Shown: positions 28,340-53,556 of the stretch, piece after piece
How the letters are laid out: each line of letters opens with the position of its first letter
Position numbering within the stretch: position 1 is the first letter of the stretch
Assembly (NCBI RefSeq): GCF_009914755.1
Contig: NC_060928.1
DNA from: the human T2T-CHM13v2.0 reference genome, Homo sapiens
Strand: one strand, 5' to 3'
Length of the DNA stretch: 64,000 nt
The notes under the pieces: generated by a model
Seen by the model: only the letters and a program-made list of their open reading frames with translations
Told to the model about the DNA's origin: nothing
Database searches by the model: none
Translations under genes and position numbers: made by a program

Positions 28340-28510
28340 AATGCACTGCTCAATTCCAATGTGCATATGAATCAGCACATTAGATCTTGTGAAAATGCAG
28401 TTTCTGATTCAGTAGGTGTGGGGAGGGGCCTAATATCCTGCATTTTTTAAAGCACCCTGATGATGTAGATGGTGTTGGCTTGGGGACTACACTTATGGTA
28501 GATAGTCTCT
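28340..28510. mobile_element. MER5-like hAT-Charlie fossil
   Basis: GAATCAG...CTTGTGAAAATGCAG..CTGATTCAGTAGGTGTGGGGAGGGGCC..TGCATTTT. Confidence 0.65.
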
Positions 28511-28895
28511 AGTTTACCCTCTCAGGTTCAGATGTAGAAACCTAATGTTCAGAGAAAGAGCCTAAGATCCCTGACTGGTGCTGAGTTTGAGCCAGTGTCA
28601 ATGCCAAAAGGTGGTTTTGGAGGTAGCCCCCTCCTATTCTCCATCATTCCACCAAAGCAGACCCACATAAAAGTGCATGTACTTGCTATGCAAATTCAGT
28701 TACAAGAACTCCCTAGGCCCCTATTTCAATGGGATTGCTGTCCCTGTCTTCTATTGGAACTCTGGAGTCATCATCACTGTGAACCTCTGTGTTCTGACTT
28801 CTACTTGGTGCTCTTTCTACTGTAACTGAGTTGTTACATCTCAAAGTGGCATATACAAATGAGAAATGAAATGAAACCATTATGATTCCCCCACA

Positions 28896-29100
28896 GCAGG
28901 AGCCACAAACTCAAATGTCCATGGTCAGGCAGGTAATGTAAAGGAATAACACGGTCCTCGTGGGTACTGACAAAACTGAGCGCTCGTGTCCATCCCAAGA
29001 GGGCAGCTGATACACATGTCCTGGTGGTCACCACCATGTGGAATGCAACCTTAATGCTGACTGATCTTCCAGGTTTTCGGAGAAGTTGGAAATATGGATT
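28896..29100. mobile_element. MER102-like hAT fossil, left part (right part ~31820-31910), split by L1 and Alu
   Basis: CACAAACTCAAATG...CAGGCAGGTAATGTAAA; the complementary end TTGTGACCTCTG lies near 31900. Confidence 0.45.
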
Positions 29101-29104
29101 ATTT

Positions 29105-31330
29105 TAAATAGACCATTTAAAAATAGTCTTTTTAGAGCAGCTTTGGGTTTGCAGCAAAATCAAGCAAAACATGAAGTTCTCATATACCACTGCCTCCCCA
29201 TTTTCTCCCCCGTATCAATATCCCCCACCACAGTGGTTCCTTTGTTACAAACCCAGAACCACATCCATAGTCCACAGTTTACATTAGCACTTATTCTTGG
29301 TGTTGTACATCCTATGGGTTTTGACAAATGCATAATGACATGTACTGTGACTGCCCTAAAAGTCCTCTGTGTTCCGCCTATTCATCCCTCCCTCCATACT
29401 ACTCCTGGCAACCACTGATTTTTTTATAGTCTCCATAGTTTTGCTTTCCCAGAATATCATATGGTTGGAATCATAGAGTATGTGACCTTTTCAGATTGGC
29501 TTACTTCAGTTAGTAATATGCATTTAAGGTTTCTCCATGTCTTCTCATGGCTCAAAAGCTATTTTCTTTTTAGCAGTGAATAATATTTTACTATTAATAA
29601 CAAATAAATAATAAATATTTATATCTATTTATTATATAGAGTAGCTCATATTTATTGTATGACAATTTATTTATTCACTCATCTACCAAAAAACATCTCG
29701 GTTGCTTCCAAGTTATGGCAATTGTGAATAAAATGGTTATAAGCATCCATGTACAGGTGTTTATCTGGACACAAGTTTTCAACCCACTTGGGTAAATACC
29801 AAGGAATGTGGTTACTGGATCACATGGTAAGAGCATATTTAGTTTTGTAAGAAGCTGCCAAATTGTATTCTATTTTGCACGTACCACTGTGCATTCTCAC
29901 CAGTAATGAATGAGAGTTCCTGTTGCTCCACATCCTCCCCAACATTTGATGTTGTCAGTGTTTTGTTTTGATTTTGGCTATTCTAATAGGTAGATAGTGG
30001 TATCTCATCATTGTTTTAATTTGCATTTCCCCAATAACATATGATGAGCAGCAAATTTTCATATGCTTACTTGCAATCTGTATATCTTCTTTAGTGAAGT
30101 GTCTTTTCAAGCCTTTTGCCCATTTTAAAATCTTGCTGTCCATTTTCTTATTGTTGCACTGTAAATGTTCTTTGTATATTTTGGATAACAATGCTTTATC
30201 AACCAAGTCTTTTGCACATATTTTCTCTCAGCTTGTAGCTGTCTTCTCACTCTCTTGATAGCATCTTTCACAGAGTAGAAGTCTTAAATTCCAGTGTATC
30301 AATTTTTTTTCATGTATCTTGCCTTTGGTATTATATCTAAAACTCATTGCCATACCCAGGTCCTCTAGATTTTCTAGGAGTTTTATAGTTTTGCATTTTT
30401 CATTTAAGTATATGCTCTATTTTGAGTTAATTTTGGGAAATGGTATAAGTTTTGTTTCTCAATTCAGTTTTCTGCATGTGTATGTCTACTTGGTGTAGTA
30501 CCATTTGTTGAAGAGATTATTTTTTTTCTCGATGGTATTGCCTTTGCTCATTTGTCAAAGATCAGTTGACTATATTTATGTGGGTTTATTTCTGGTCTCT
30601 CTATTTTGTTCTATTGATCTATATGTCTAGTCTGTTGACAATACCACAGTATCTTAATTACTGTTGTTTTTTTTGTAAGTCTTGAAGTTGGGTAGAGTCA
30701 GACTTTCAACTTTATCATCGCCTTCAATATTGTGTTAGCTATTCTTGGTCGTGTACTTCTTTATATACATTGTAGAATCAGTTTGTCAATATACAAGAAA
30801 TAACTTGCTGGAATTTTGAATGGAATTGTATTGAATCTGCAGGTCAAGTTGGGAAGACCTGGCATCTTGGCAATATTGTGTCTTTCTATCCATGAATATG
30901 GGGTATCTCTCAATTTATTTAGTTCTTCTTTGATTTTTTTAAATAAGAGTTTTATAGTCTTCTTCATATAGATCTTGTACATATTTTTGTTAGATTTATA
31001 TGTAATTATTTTATGCTTTTGGTGATAATATAGGCATTATTTTGTTTTTAATTTTAAATTCCATTTGTCCATTGATAATATATTAGAAAGTGACTGACTT
31101 CTGAATACTAACCTTGAATGCTTCTATCTTGCTATAACAGCTTGTTAGTTTCAGGAGATTTCTTATTGATTCAGATTTTCTACATAGGCAATCTTTTCAT
31201 GTTATCTGCAAACAAAGACAGTTTTATTTATTTCTTCCCAATCTGGATAACTTCTCTTTTCTTGTCTTATCTTATTGGACTAGCTAGGATTTCCAGTACA
31301 ACACTGAAAAGGAATGATGAGAGGGCACAT
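29105..31330 (-). mobile_element. Old L1 (L1MC-like) 3' end with ORF2 remnants
   Basis: ORF-track peptides [17 protein letters not shown] and KEELNKLRDTPYSWIER match the L1 ORF2p C-terminus; 3'UTR CTGCCCTAAAA..CCTCTGTG. Confidence 0.88.
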
Positions 31331-31369
31331 AATTTTTTAAATTATTATTTTTAAATATTTGAAAGAAAA

Positions 31370-31816
<447 letters not shown>

Positions 31817-31963
31817 AAAAACTCAAATATTTTTAAATGCTGGGCTAGCTAGACAAAATACATATGGAGATATATATTTAGCTAGAGAGCTAGCAGATTG
31901 TGACCTCTGCCCCACATCCTTGTGTGGAAAAACTATGCACTTTCAGATTATTGGAATCAACTT

Positions 31964-32261
31964 CTTTTGTTTTTTTTTGAGACAGTGTCTCACTCTGTCA
32001 CCTAAGCTGGGGTGCAGTGGCACAATCTTGGCTCACTGCAACCTCCACCTCCTGGGTTCAAGTGATTCTGGTGCCTCAGCCTCCTGAGTAGTTGGGATTA
32101 CAGACACATGCCACCATGCCTGGCTAATGTTTTGTATTTTTAGTAGAGATGAGGTTTCACCATATTGGCCAGGCTGGTTGTGAACTCTCGCCCTCAAGTG
32201 ATCTGCCCACCTCGGCCTCTCGAAGTGCTAGGATTACAGGTGTGAGCCACCGGGCCTGGCT
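31964..32261 (-). mobile_element. AluS
   Basis: Full dimer; TSD TGGAATCAACTT. Confidence 0.9.
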
Positions 32262-32609
32262 GGAATCAACTTTTTTAACCAAAACTATTTTAGACATGAT
32301 CTGCATAATGATTAGCTACTTTATATTCAGGTATTTACGATACTAAAATGACTAAGAGAATGAGTCTTATAAAGGCCCTATTCTGGTCTACATACCCTTC
32401 CAATAGCTAACTAGTGATAGGACTGAGTGTGAATGAATCTTTACAACTGGAGTTGCCAGAAACTAGAGATATTATAATAAATTACACAGACAACTCAGTC
32501 TCAATACATGATGGGAGAAAGAGAGGGATATATATGAGGCCCTAATCAAGGGTTAAGTCTTGGACATGGTTATAAAATCAACCACCTCTTTCTTTCTTCC
32601 TTTCTCTCT

Positions 32610-32835
32610 TTGACAGCAAAATACACATAACAGAGCATTTACCATCTTAACCATTATTATTACTAAATTACCATCTTAGCCATCATTAACCACTTTCATC
32701 TTCTCTAACTAAAACTTTGTACCTGTTAAACAACTCTCCGTTTTTTCTTCTCCTCAGCCGCTGATAACCACTCATCTACTTTCTGTTTCTATCAGTTTGA
32801 CTCTTCTAGGTACCTCATCTCACTGGAATCAAACC
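32610..32835 (-). mobile_element. L1M 3'-end fragment
   Basis: AAATACACATAAC..TTTACCATCTTAACCATT; CTACTTTCTGTTTCTAT..TTTGACTCTTCTAGGTACCTCAT. Confidence 0.7.
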
Positions 32836-33446
32836 ATGATTTGGTTTGTTTCCAAACCAAACTATAAGATATTAAAATTAATTCAGAAAGGCTAGTTCAG
32901 AAGGCTAAACTTTTCTACCACTGCTTAGTATCTCAGTAAACAACCGTGCGCAAATTTTCATTTGAGGATTGGTTCCTCTGAGAATATCTAGGATCCTCCA
33001 GGGTGTTGGAGGGATTTGAACAATTCTCAATCAATTTTGGATGATAACATATGTATGTATTTCTGCTTGTCCTATTCTTCATATTCATATTCAGGGACTT
33101 CCTTCCCTTCCATTTTGTATATCTGCCATAGAATTTCAACTTGTGTAACTTGGCTTCAAAATGTTCCTCTGACTAGGGGATTATTTGGTTGGCAATGGAC
33201 TGTTAATCAAATTAAATAGTAGCAGCTGGCAGTTCCTTTCCAATGTGGTTAGATGAGACACCTGGGTAAGGTATGCCCACTTAATTATTTACAAAATGAA
33301 CCAAATCCAGAGAAAGAAGTAGGTGTTATCATGGTTTCTGCATCTTATTTTAACTGATAACTTATCTTCAAGTCATCTTTTAATGTGAAGGTATCAAATA
33401 ATTCAAGCAAATGTTACAAAATATATGTTTTAAAAGTATTACTCTA

Positions 33447-33787
<341 letters not shown>

Positions 33788-35114
33788 TTAAGTTCTACAG
33801 CTGCCATTAAAAATATGGATTGGATCCTTTGTGGCTCAGAATATCAGAATTATGAATTCAATTAATTTATTCACCATTTCTATAATTCTGCATACAAATT
33901 AAATGTCAGGAAACCTAGTAAGTTAGTAAGAACATAGAGTGTTGAACACATTTTGTTTAAGAATATAGAAACTTGCGTTTATAATTTATGTATGATCTGC
34001 ATTTATGCATAATTCTATGACTATACTGGAGATTATCTGAGTATTATATCTGACTTAGAATTTGAGAACCTTATGATTTACTGCTGTTGCCGAAGAAAAG
34101 AAATGAAACACCAGACTCTTGAAGGACAGAATTAACTGTAGTGTGTGCACCCTTGGTAGGGTAGCACCCTTGGTAGGATAAGCATGATCACAGGCAGAGA
34201 GAAATGATATGTTCTTGACACTAACTAGTCATGTCGCCTCCTGAGTTATGAGGCACTTTTAAGTGTCAGCTTACCTATAAAATACAGGAGTTAGATTTCT
34301 GTAGCTGATCTCAAAGGTGTATTCTAGTTCTAAATTCTGATCCTATGAACCATTTACGGTTTCACATTTATAGTTAGCTTTAATCAACCTTGATATATTA
34401 TGAAAATAATAGGTAGGTATGATTTTTTAAAAATTCTAGTAGAGAAAGGCTTATGGAATTATCGGTGATCTTCTTATACCTCCACCTCCACTCCCTATAA
34501 GAAATCACTATTGACTTCTCCTGGTGATAACCTCCGTATTCTAAAAGGGAAGTGGTACTTATACCTCTTTTTTTTGATTAATTGAGTGTAGATAACGAGG
34601 ATTTTCCTCACACTCCCCATTGCAGTTAAATCACTGTAGTGAGAGAGATCCTTTCTTGAATACCTATAACCATTTACACCTTTGTTTCTTGTTTTATTTC
34701 CTACTGACAGTGTCTCCTGATTTTCTATTTTGAAAGATGAGAATATTCATCATTTTAAACGCAGCCTGTTTACATTTGAATTATGTTAGTTACTATCTGA
34801 TTATTTTCTTCAAAGGAAAGAGATTAACATTTAGATGTTTTAGATGGTATTCCTGAATAGAATAAGTGTTCCTTTGAAAACTTTATCGCAATTAATTCAA
34901 TGTTCATTATATGAACTATTTATAAAACAATCTCAGAAGGTTGTCCTTGGCTTTTGTTAAGTCATTCTTTAGGTTTCGAACTTGCAAAACTGCAGTCTTT
35001 GATCTTATCTTCGATTTACCTGCAAGTGTACAATTTTTTTTAATCTCAAATACGTATTGCAAGGGAAAGCAAATAATAACAAAATAAGGCTCTTTTACTA
35101 AGCACTGTTGACAG

Positions 35115-35580
35115 TATCAAGAATTGTGAAGGGTCAGAGGTTTCACCCTACTTGCCAGCTAACAAGTTAGCTTGCCATAGCTTCATGAAAACAGGCAGAA
35201 AGCATGAGACACGTGGGTCAGAGACAAATGACATTATTAGTCACAGCACAGTAAACAACAGGACTTTGATGTTCTGATCCCTACTAGGGTCCCAGTGGGG
35301 GTACAGAGGGGGCAGGTTCAGGTGGATACTGCAAACGTTAAGTTTGCGTGCATCTCAGCTGAGGGACCTCATGCTTAGGAAACCCCAGTCTTTTATAAGG
35401 GTTGCAAGCAAACCTGCCTAACCTTTGCCTCCAAGGGAGACATTATTTTTATTGTACTAGACAGCAACAAACATGCCCCTTGCCCAGGAGGGAAACCCCT
35501 TGGAATCTCAATCTTCCAAGGGTTTTTTGCTATAGAAACATTCTTGAAAAGATAGTCCTGAACAAAAGCCAGCACCATGC
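35115..35580 (-). mobile_element. LTR40-like solo LTR (partial)
   Basis: TCAAGAATTGTGAAGGGTC...GCTAACAAGTTAGC...GGGTCAGAGACAAA, homologous to 6662-7171. Confidence 0.72.
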
Positions 35581-35809
35581 ATGCCTGAAGGAATTGCAGC
35601 TACTATGTATAAAATTATCTAAACCCAGGATGCTATTACCTTCCTCACTGGCTTTTGGTAGAATTAAATGATAATACATCAAAGTACTTACTATTGTTAG
35701 GTGTTCAATCAATGCTGGCTACTCTTATACAACAGCACATACTCAGATGAAAGAACTTTAATACTTGAGTTTCCCGCCTCCATCATAAAAATAATATATG
35801 CTTCTTTTT

Positions 35810-36240
35810 TTCCTTTTAAATAGACTTTATTTTTTAGAGCAGTTTTAAGTTCACAGCAAAATTGGGAGGAAGGTACAAAGATTTCCCTGATATTCCCTGC
35901 CCTCACACATACACAGTCTTTCTTCCACACCACCCACATTCCCCAGCAGAGTTGTACATGTTACAGCTGGTACACCTGACATTGATACATCATTATTACC
36001 CAGAGTCCATAGTTCACGACAGGGTTCACTCAGTGTTGCATATTCTATGGGTTTGGAGAAATGATAAAATGACATCCACCATTTGCAGTATTATAGAGAA
36101 CAGTTTCACTGCCCTAAAAGTAGTCTGTGCTTTGCTGATTCATTCCTCCCTCCCCACAACTGCTGGAAGCCTCTGATCTTTATACTGTCTTCATAGTTTT
36201 TCCCTGTCTGGTGTCATACAGTTGGAATCTTATGGTATGG
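35810..36240 (-). mobile_element. L1MC-like 3' end
   Basis: GACTTTATTTTTTAGAGCAGTTTTAAGTTCACAGCAAAATTG; homologous to the L1 ends at 29105 and 58195. Confidence 0.8.
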
Positions 36241-36437
36241 ATGCTTCTTTTTTAAAAACATACAAATATTATTAAGATAAAGTCACCCACAACCTTCCTA
36301 CAAAGTAGTACCTTTAACTTTTTGATTAATTTCCTAATGATACCTTTCTAGGCATCTATTTTTTTTAAATTCCTTTTGTCCTTTAGAGAGTTTCATTTGT
36401 CACCAGTTTAATAACCTCCACAAAAACTCTTTAAATT

Positions 36438-36746
36438 CTTTCTTTCTTTTTTTTTGAGATGGTCTCACTTTGTCATCCAGGCTGGAGCGGAGTGGCACGA
36501 TCTCAGCTCACTGCAGCTTCAACCTCCCAGGCTCAAGTAATCTCACCACCTCAGCTTCTGCGGTGGCTGAAACTACAGGCATGAGCCACCACATCCAGTT
36601 AATTTTGTGTATTTTTTGTAGAGACCAGGTCTCTACAAAATTATGTTATTGCCCAGGCTGGTCTCAAACCCCTGGGCTCAAGTGATCCTCCTGTCTCGGC
36701 CTCCCAAAGTGCTGGGATTATAGGCAAGAGCCCCTGTGCCTGGCCT
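36438..36746 (-). mobile_element. AluJ
   Basis: CTGGGCTCAAGTGATCCTCC diagnostic; full dimer. Confidence 0.88.
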
Positions 36747-36812
36747 AACCATGCTCTACGTATCAGTCAGGATAGGGTAGTTTATGCTGTGTCACAACAG
36801 AAAGGCTTATTT

Positions 36813-37129
<317 letters not shown>

Positions 37130-38243
37130 TTATTTCTTGTTCACACTACACGTGCATCCTGCACTGTCCTGGGGTTCTCTTCATTACGGTCCCTCAAGGA
37201 CAACCACCATCATGTTGTCAGGTTTGAAAAAAAATGCTCAAAACTCATGACCGGAACGTCACATGGCTGGACCAGATCACAAGAGGCAAAAAAGAACAAT
37301 CCTACCATGTGCCAGGTAGGAAGAGCTGGAAATGTTTGGTGAACAGGATTCATGACAACCAGTTTACACTGTGGCTAGCAGAAATAAGAATCAACCTACA
37401 ATTAGTCTTTGTTGCCCATTTAAATCAGTGAAATAATTTTTTTAAGTTCCAGGGATTGATCAAAGCAAATAAAGAGCATGAAACTACCAAAATCTTTACT
37501 ACATACCGTGGTTAACATTTTCCTCTTTGCCTATTGTGCTAAAAACACAAAGCACTTGAGTGATGTTTATCTGAAGTCTCTGGAGTATTAATCAAGAAAT
37601 TTTAATATTGCTAATATCAAAAATCAGTTTCTTTTTCTAAGTGGGGGTGTTAAATTGAGCTAAAAGAATGCTCAAACTACTGCCCACTACACTCCTAGGC
37701 TATTCTGTAATAGTAATGTTATGAGATGAAAGGTGTAAGCAGAAAACAGGAGAGAATAGAATCAGGTGGCAAGTACTTATACCTCTTTCCATATACATAC
37801 TTATTATATATGTATACATATACATATATACTTTTCTCTTTATATATATCTACATGTATCTATAGATATTGTCACTTGATATATATTGTCACTGAAATTT
37901 TTATCCATTTAGAGAGAAAGAGAATACAAAAGCTGATAATAAAAATCTAAGTGACAATATGTTCGTTCTCAGAATCACTTAGAAAAGTTGCTTAATCCAT
38001 ATATGTGCTTAGGACAATCTAATTTCACCTTAGCAGTAGGCAAGTGATAGAACATTTTTTTATAAGATCAAAGGAAAACAACAACAACAACAAAAAGCAA
38101 CTTGCCAGAATGGGGAAGAAAATTCTGCAACTAGATCCCTTACCTTATGCTATGTAATAGCCATGCAATCTATACAATGATACAACCAGGACAGATGTGA
38201 GGCAAACCATTAACTACTGTCTGGCATAAAAAGTTAAATCAAG

Positions 38244-38548
<305 letters not shown>

Positions 38549-39463
38549 TTAAACCATGATTACATTTTCTAAGGCTCCCTTCCCAAGTTACTTTCTTGCT
38601 TTTCCCATTTTAGTGAACCGCTTCCAAATTCAATGTATTTCTGATTGGCTCACAGTTCTCTTTCCCAGCTGTGTTATTAATATTTCACCAGTTTCCTACA
38701 TGTATTTCCCACAACCCCCGTGAACACTGGTATCACATCATCAAAGAAGTTCCCTCCGTATACAACATCACTAGGGACACACAAACAATTCTTTTCAAAA
38801 GAAGACACATCTATATTATTTAAATAATATTACAGTCAAAACTGAATTTTACGAATGTATTTACAAAGTAATTCCATTACTTAAGAAATATAGGGAAATT
38901 ATTTCTCTGAGGAAGAATGCGACTTAAAAAGAAAACATCTTTTAGAAACATATGTGGATTGCTTTTGTCAGCTCAACTCCCAATTTGCTGGGAAGTGACA
39001 GGCCATGAATACTTCATTCTCCTTTTCCTGGTGATTTTGTAAATGACTGCCTTATTTATTAATGGAAAGCAAATATACAAAAGTATCATCTTAATGTAAC
39101 CGCAAGTTTAAATCTGATTTTTTTCTTTTTCCAAGGCCCAGCACCAGGTTTAAGCAGGTTAGCATACCTCAGATAACCCTGGAGGAAGATTCCTTCTCTG
39201 AGAGTGTGAAGCTGTAGGGCTGCCATTAGTAGTTGCTAATTCCAGGTTTCAAGTCCTCACTTATGGAGAATCTGACTTAGTGGGACAGAGGGCATTTTTA
39301 AAGAAAGAGGCTCCCCAGACAATTCTGATACACAGCAAGGTCCCAGAACAAGTGACTTACACTGTTCTTAAAATGATAGCTTTCTCCCCTAAATTAGAAA
39401 GAACATAAGATGAGCATAGAAAAAACAGCTGAAATTCTAAAGTTTGAATATCGTACATGTACA

Positions 39464-39469
39464 TTTATT
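39464..39469 (-). terminator. Distal poly(A) signal of AGA
   Basis: Plus-strand TTTATT ~910 nt after the stop codon, followed on the minus strand by U-rich sequence. Confidence 0.7.
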
Positions 39470-40248
39470 AATGACTGTTGATTAAAAAGATGATTTTGAA
39501 GGAAAAATGCTGCTGAGAAAGCACGCGCACAACTTCTGTAGAGTTGTCATACAGAGAGTTAATCAGAAGTTAGGGAAACAAACCAAGCTAAACAACCCAT
39601 TTCTTGACTTCTAATTGCCATACCCACCTCTGCACAAGGAATTAGTAAAATTACAGTACAGATCAAGTTCCCCAAATCATTTTTAAAAGAAACGATCAAT
39701 ACTAAATATTAGCAGCTAAAACATCATTGATTCTTGTGGCTTTAGAACTTTCACACACTGAGAGCTCCATAAGAGGAAAAAAGCAAAGAAAATCAACACA
39801 ATTGCTCATCAGAAGATAGCTGTATTTTCTAGTATGTACAAAACAAAGAGTATCTCATGTTCTATCATCTTCCTTCCTCAAGTTTTTAGGGAATATTAAG
39901 TAAAACCAATAATCAGTGCTAAGACATGCATCACTGTGACATAATGAAATTCAATCAGGACTGATCATGCTGAGACTCTGCTGTTTTTTTCTTTGGGTCT
40001 AAAAAACTTGTATACTCTATTTTAAGCATCCAAATATGATGATTCCTTTTGGGTTTAATATATCACTGTGGAAATAAATCTCAAAGTAGCAATTTTTTGC
40101 AACACTGATCAGAAATCCAAGTGTCACTTAAAACTTAAATATATACAAAATACAGCCACATACATATTCATCTTCAGATAATATAAGAAAGGTGAAATAA
40201 AAATAGATAATACAATTTCAGATATAGAAAGTGCCAATTCAACATAAA

Positions 40249-40266
40249 TTTATTTTTGTGTTTATT
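40249..40266 (-). terminator. Proximal poly(A) signals of AGA (two AATAAA)
   Basis: Plus-strand TTTATT at 40261-40266 and 40249-40254, 110-130 nt after the stop codon. Confidence 0.7.
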
Positions 40267-40376
40267 TTACAAAAAGACTTTAGAACACATGAGGAACACT
40301 AGATGATGAGAGTGAGCAGCCTTTTCAGCCTTTGTTTCTTTCTTCTTTAAATACAGATGTTGACAGTAAAGATGGA

Positions 40377-51106
<10,730 letters not shown>

Positions 51107-51178
51107 TTAATCCCCAGTGCCCCGCCCGCCTGGCGCCCACGCCCGCTCTCTCGGGGGTTCGCTCAGGCGTCCCTCAAC

Positions 51179-51188
51179 TCTCGCGAGA
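51179..51188. promoter_or_regulatory. TCTCGCGAGA palindrome (BANP / CGCG element)
   Basis: Perfect 10-bp match ~135 bp upstream of the AGA ATG. Confidence 0.8.
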
Positions 51189-51987
51189 CGAGGCGTCCCT
51201 GGGCCCGCGGGAGAGTTGTGTCACGGGGCACTGAGCTGTTCCCTGCGCTAAGGTGCTTCTTCCTAAGTGCTGTTCAGATTTTTAAAATAGCCAGACAAGT
51301 TGCTGCTTTTCCTGTGGTTAAAATAGATTTAGCTTGATATTGGGAATTTAATACAAAATTATTCAACTCTGGGTTGCAGGGCCCCAGGAACTTTAGCCGA
51401 TTGCTGTGTACTATGGATTTGGTTCTTTTACTGTCTTTTTAATTTAAAGTTGAAGTTGAAAAGTTTGTCAAACTCAGTATATTCTTGGGGATCCCAGGCC
51501 TCGGAGGTCTGCAATAGTTATGAGTGTAGGTGAAGCGTGTTTGCTTAGGACCGGATTGATTTTAGATTTTTTTTCCATTCATAGCGTCCGTCATTTTCGC
51601 ACCACAGCTTTTTGTAGCACTTCCTCTCATTATAAATCCCTGAGCTGGAAGAAAAACAGAAACGGCCTATGTACCCTCTACCTAGCACACTGAAGTGCAG
51701 CTTCCTGCACCTCCAGGGCAAGACGGCTACCTCCATTCCTTTTTAAATGTATTTTTACCTTCCTGCCTGGCACTATTAAGTGCTAAATAAATGAATAAGA
51801 GGAGGAATGGGGATTTTACGTGCTTGGTGGAGGCTGCTCAGTTTTGTTGCTGGGCAGACGTGCGAACATGAACTAATAATCCCTTTGGGTGTCTGGAATG
51901 CCTGCCCAGGTTGCCAAGGCAAGACACATAATCACATAATTTTTAAAAGCATCTATAAATCTATACAAACTTTAAAAATATGAACTA

Positions 51988-52329
<342 letters not shown>

Positions 52330-52902
52330 TCAAGGCTCTTATTGATTGCTAGGAAATTAAATACATAATTTAAAGAACATAAGATAGCCCAGAAGTATCA
52401 TTATCCCGTTGGGGAAGTGTTAATTAAAAGATATAATAAAGACAAATTTTCTAAGTTCCTTTCATGGGGTTTGGAAGAGGAACAAGTCATCTGTGCTGGA
52501 GTAATCATAACCCAATGGCAGGTGAAACTGGAAACTTGGGTGAAACAGGGTAAGAAAGCCAGAAAAACATACATTGTCCTCTGAGTAAATTTTCCTTAGC
52601 TCCTGGGCTGAGTATTTTTATGCAGCCTTAAGGAATTAGGACATGCCTTTAGCAAAAATTGTAAAATACAATACATGGAAAATTGGTCTTAGTACCCCAC
52701 TGATCTCTCTAGCCTCTTCCTGTTTTTTAAGGTATTTGTGTTTCTTCTGGTGGAAAGAGCCTGATCTGTTACCTCCTACTATGTCTATTTCTCCAAATTC
52801 TTTCTTCTTAAATAAAAATTCCTGTCAGAGAAACAGCTAAATTACACTATAGTGGGAATGGCTGATAGAAGGTCTCAATATATCAACTTTTCCATGGATA
52901 TT

Positions 52903-53229
52903 TGTATGTATGTATGTATGTATGTATTTATTTTTTGAGATGGAGTCTTGCTCTATCGCCCAGGCTGGAGTTCACTGGTGTAATCTCAGCTCACTGCAAC
53001 CTCCACCTCCTGCATTCAAGCGATTCTCTTGCCCCAGCCTCCTGAGTAGCTGGGATTGCTACTGCCTACTACCATGCCCGGCTAATTTTTGTATTTTAAG
53101 TAGAGACAGGTTTTGCCATTTTGGCCAGGTTGGTCTTGAACTCCTGACACAGGTGATCCACCCACCGCCCCCACCCCCCCGACCTCCCAAAATGCTGGGA
53201 TTACAGGTGTGAGCCACCGTGCCCAGCCG
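52903..53229 (-). mobile_element. AluS with (TATG)n tail
   Basis: Full dimer; TSD GGATATTTGTAT. Confidence 0.9.
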
Positions 53230-53556
53230 GATATTTGTATTTAAATAACTAATATGCAATCCCTATAGAATCTACCCGATTCAGTGTCTTCTTAGTGGCT
53301 ACTAAAATACCTACTGGATCCACTGTCCAGTTTGCCTAAATTGTAGCTGTTTCTTAAGTTAAATTCGTCTGGATATTTGGTTCCTTCTGGAGTAGTTTTC
53401 CTTTGACTAACACTTGAAGAATAATTTTCATTTTAGTTCTAGAAGTAACCTTCTGTTACTCTCACTTAGGTGCTCTTTTGGGCCTAAATATAATTAGATC
53501 CTTCGCCGTTGTTTTGAGGTAAATCTAAACGAAAAGGAACACCTGTTAACAGGTAG

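Larger units (their letters stand above)
39445..40376 (-). other. AGA: AGA 3'UTR (long form; end approximate)
   Basis: Runs from the stop codon to ~20 nt past the distal AATAAA at 39469-39464. Confidence 0.75.

Noticed and set aside
29955-30982. L1 ORF2-like peptides (also 57240-57494)
   Set aside because: Short interrupted remnants of old 5'-truncated L1s; not coding.
34147-34180. 17-bp tandem duplication GCACCCTTGGTAGG.TA
   Set aside because: Ordinary slippage duplication with no sign of function on its own.
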